Source of the DNA: Octopus vulgaris
Taxonomy: Eukaryota
NCBI GenBank assembly: GCA_951406725.2
Contig: OX597820.1
Coordinates: 14,818,001-14,882,000, forward strand
Length of the DNA: 64,000 nucleotides
Reading direction: 5' to 3'
The position numbers and the translations under genes were made by a program. Numbering within the stretch: the stretch's first letter is position 1; each line of letters begins with the position of its first letter. Below the pieces are notes generated by a model. The model ran no database searches. It was not told the origin of the DNA and was given only the letters and a program-made list of their open reading frames with translations. This document shows positions 62,521 to 64,000 of this stretch, in pieces.

Positions 62521-63120
62521 GACAGTGACAATGGGAGCAGCCCTTAACTACCTCCATATGTAGCTTCATATTGAAGTAACGTATATTATTAGGAGCACAC
62601 CCTCACACATACATCTACACACACACACACACACAGACACATACAGTTGTGTGCAAACTCTTATCTAAGCTGCTGCTGCTTCTCGTCTTCCTCCTCCCCC
62701 CTCTCCTCTTCTGCTTTTTTTTGTGTTGATATAACATGGTGTATATTTGCTCATTTCCTGAAACGGCCTTTTTGTTCATCTCAACTTCCACAAACACACA
62801 CACATAAAAGAGAATAAAGAAAATAAAAAAATGAAGATATCTTCTCCCTTTCAGACAGTCGCACAGAAATACCATTAAACATCTGCACCTCCATTTAATG
62901 CAAATATTCTCTTTGTAACAAAACAAAAAATAAAATAAAATAACAAAACAAAACACCCCAACTATCTTCTGCCCCAACCTGATTCCTCTGCCTAGATTCA
63001 CCCCTACCAAATTTAAACATCTGTCTGTCTGTGCGCAGTTTTACTTATTCTGTTCTAAGCTTAACATTGATCCGTCCATCTTGTTTTATAATCAGTCCTT
63101 CACTTCCTTAGATTATTTAA

Positions 63121-63491
63121 CCGTTTAGCATTCAGATTACCCTCTCAAATGTAATGCTTATTTTATTCCTATTGCCCTGAATTAATCCTGCATTATCTCA
63201 TAGCTTTGAGATTTCAATGATGTGATTGTTTATTTTTACAATGACATGGCATTAGGAAGGGCATCCAGCTGTAGAAACTCTGCCAGATCAAGATTGGAGC
63301 CTGGTGCAGCCATCTGGTTTGCCAGTCCTCAGTCAAATCGTCCAACCCATGCTAGCATGGAAAGCAGACATTAAACGATGATGATGATGATGATGATTGT
63401 AGGGTAGGTGCAAGAGGCCAGATCTCACTAGTTTGAACATAAAACATGTTGGGTATTTGGGCTGGATATGGTCAGTTTAAATGCTAAACGG
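63121..63491. mobile_element. piggyBac-like MITE family F carrying a family A insertion (63248-63397)
   Basis: TTAA-CCGTTTAGCATT..AATGCTAAACGG-TTAA. The MITE sequence GACAT|TGTAGGGTAGG is split by the insert. Confidence 0.88.
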
Positions 63492-63495
63492 TTAA

Positions 63496-63718
63496 CCCTT
63501 TAGCATTCATATTACTCTCTGAAATGTTCTGCTCATTTATTCACATTGTTTTTAATTAATTATGCATTTTACTTCATAGCTTCAATGTTTCAACAATGTG
63601 ATTGTTTATATTCATAAAAAACATTGTAGGATAGGTATGAAAGGCTGGATCTGGCCAGTTTGAACATAAAACAGGTAGAACATTTTGGCTGGATATGGCC
63701 TATTCAATTGCTAAAGGG
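63496..63718. mobile_element. piggyBac-like MITE family F, tandem second copy
   Basis: Shares TTAA 63492-95 with the previous copy; CCCTTTAGCA..TGCTAAAGGG-TGAA. Confidence 0.85.
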
Positions 63719-64000
63719 TGAAACCATTGCAGCCTGCACCAGGTTCTCAGTGGTGCACTGGTCCATGTATATTTGTTGTTGATCCTTCTGTTTTTGTCCC
63801 CTAAGATCCCATCATTATGGTATGTTTAAGTCATCAGTAAGCAAATTTAACAATTGTGTAGCTGACTACTGAACTATACCCTCGTTACATAACTTGCTAG
63901 AGCTGGTTCCTTTTGAAGACACTAGGATGTATTCCAGTTCTATATTTAAGAGATGAGGAATTATGTACATTATTTACATTCGACAGATATTTGTCCTCAT

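Noticed and set aside
63853-64000. Possible start of another interspersed repeat at the window edge
   Set aside because: Truncated by the window end, with no second copy or diagnostic terminus visible.

Overview
AT-rich, repeat-saturated eukaryotic non-coding DNA (intergenic or large-intron) that looks like a coleoid cephalopod, most likely Octopus. This call rests on the style of the tRNA-derived SINEs and the dense (TA)n/(CA)n/(ATT)n microsatellites. No host protein-coding gene is supportable, and nearly all listed ORFs are microsatellite or SINE artefacts. Contents: about 20 3' ends of an RTE-clade LINE (family A; ORF C-terminus visible at 45205-45342); a CR1/L2-group LINE 3' fragment (38140-38540); several modular tRNA-derived SINE families (B, B', C, D, E); piggyBac-like TTAA MITEs, Tc2-like and mariner TA MITEs, hAT-like remnants, a non-autonomous Helitron, and minisatellites. 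The most notable hidden signal is six minimal type-I hammerhead-ribozyme folds with non-canonical cores, in short Penelope-like/retrozyme-like elements of at least three families. One of them sits in a 157-bp palindrome. Also notable is a SINE head joined to two different LINE tails, with remnants of both partner LINEs present in the window. Family names A-E are my own labels; no database search was run, and boundaries of degenerate copies are approximate.
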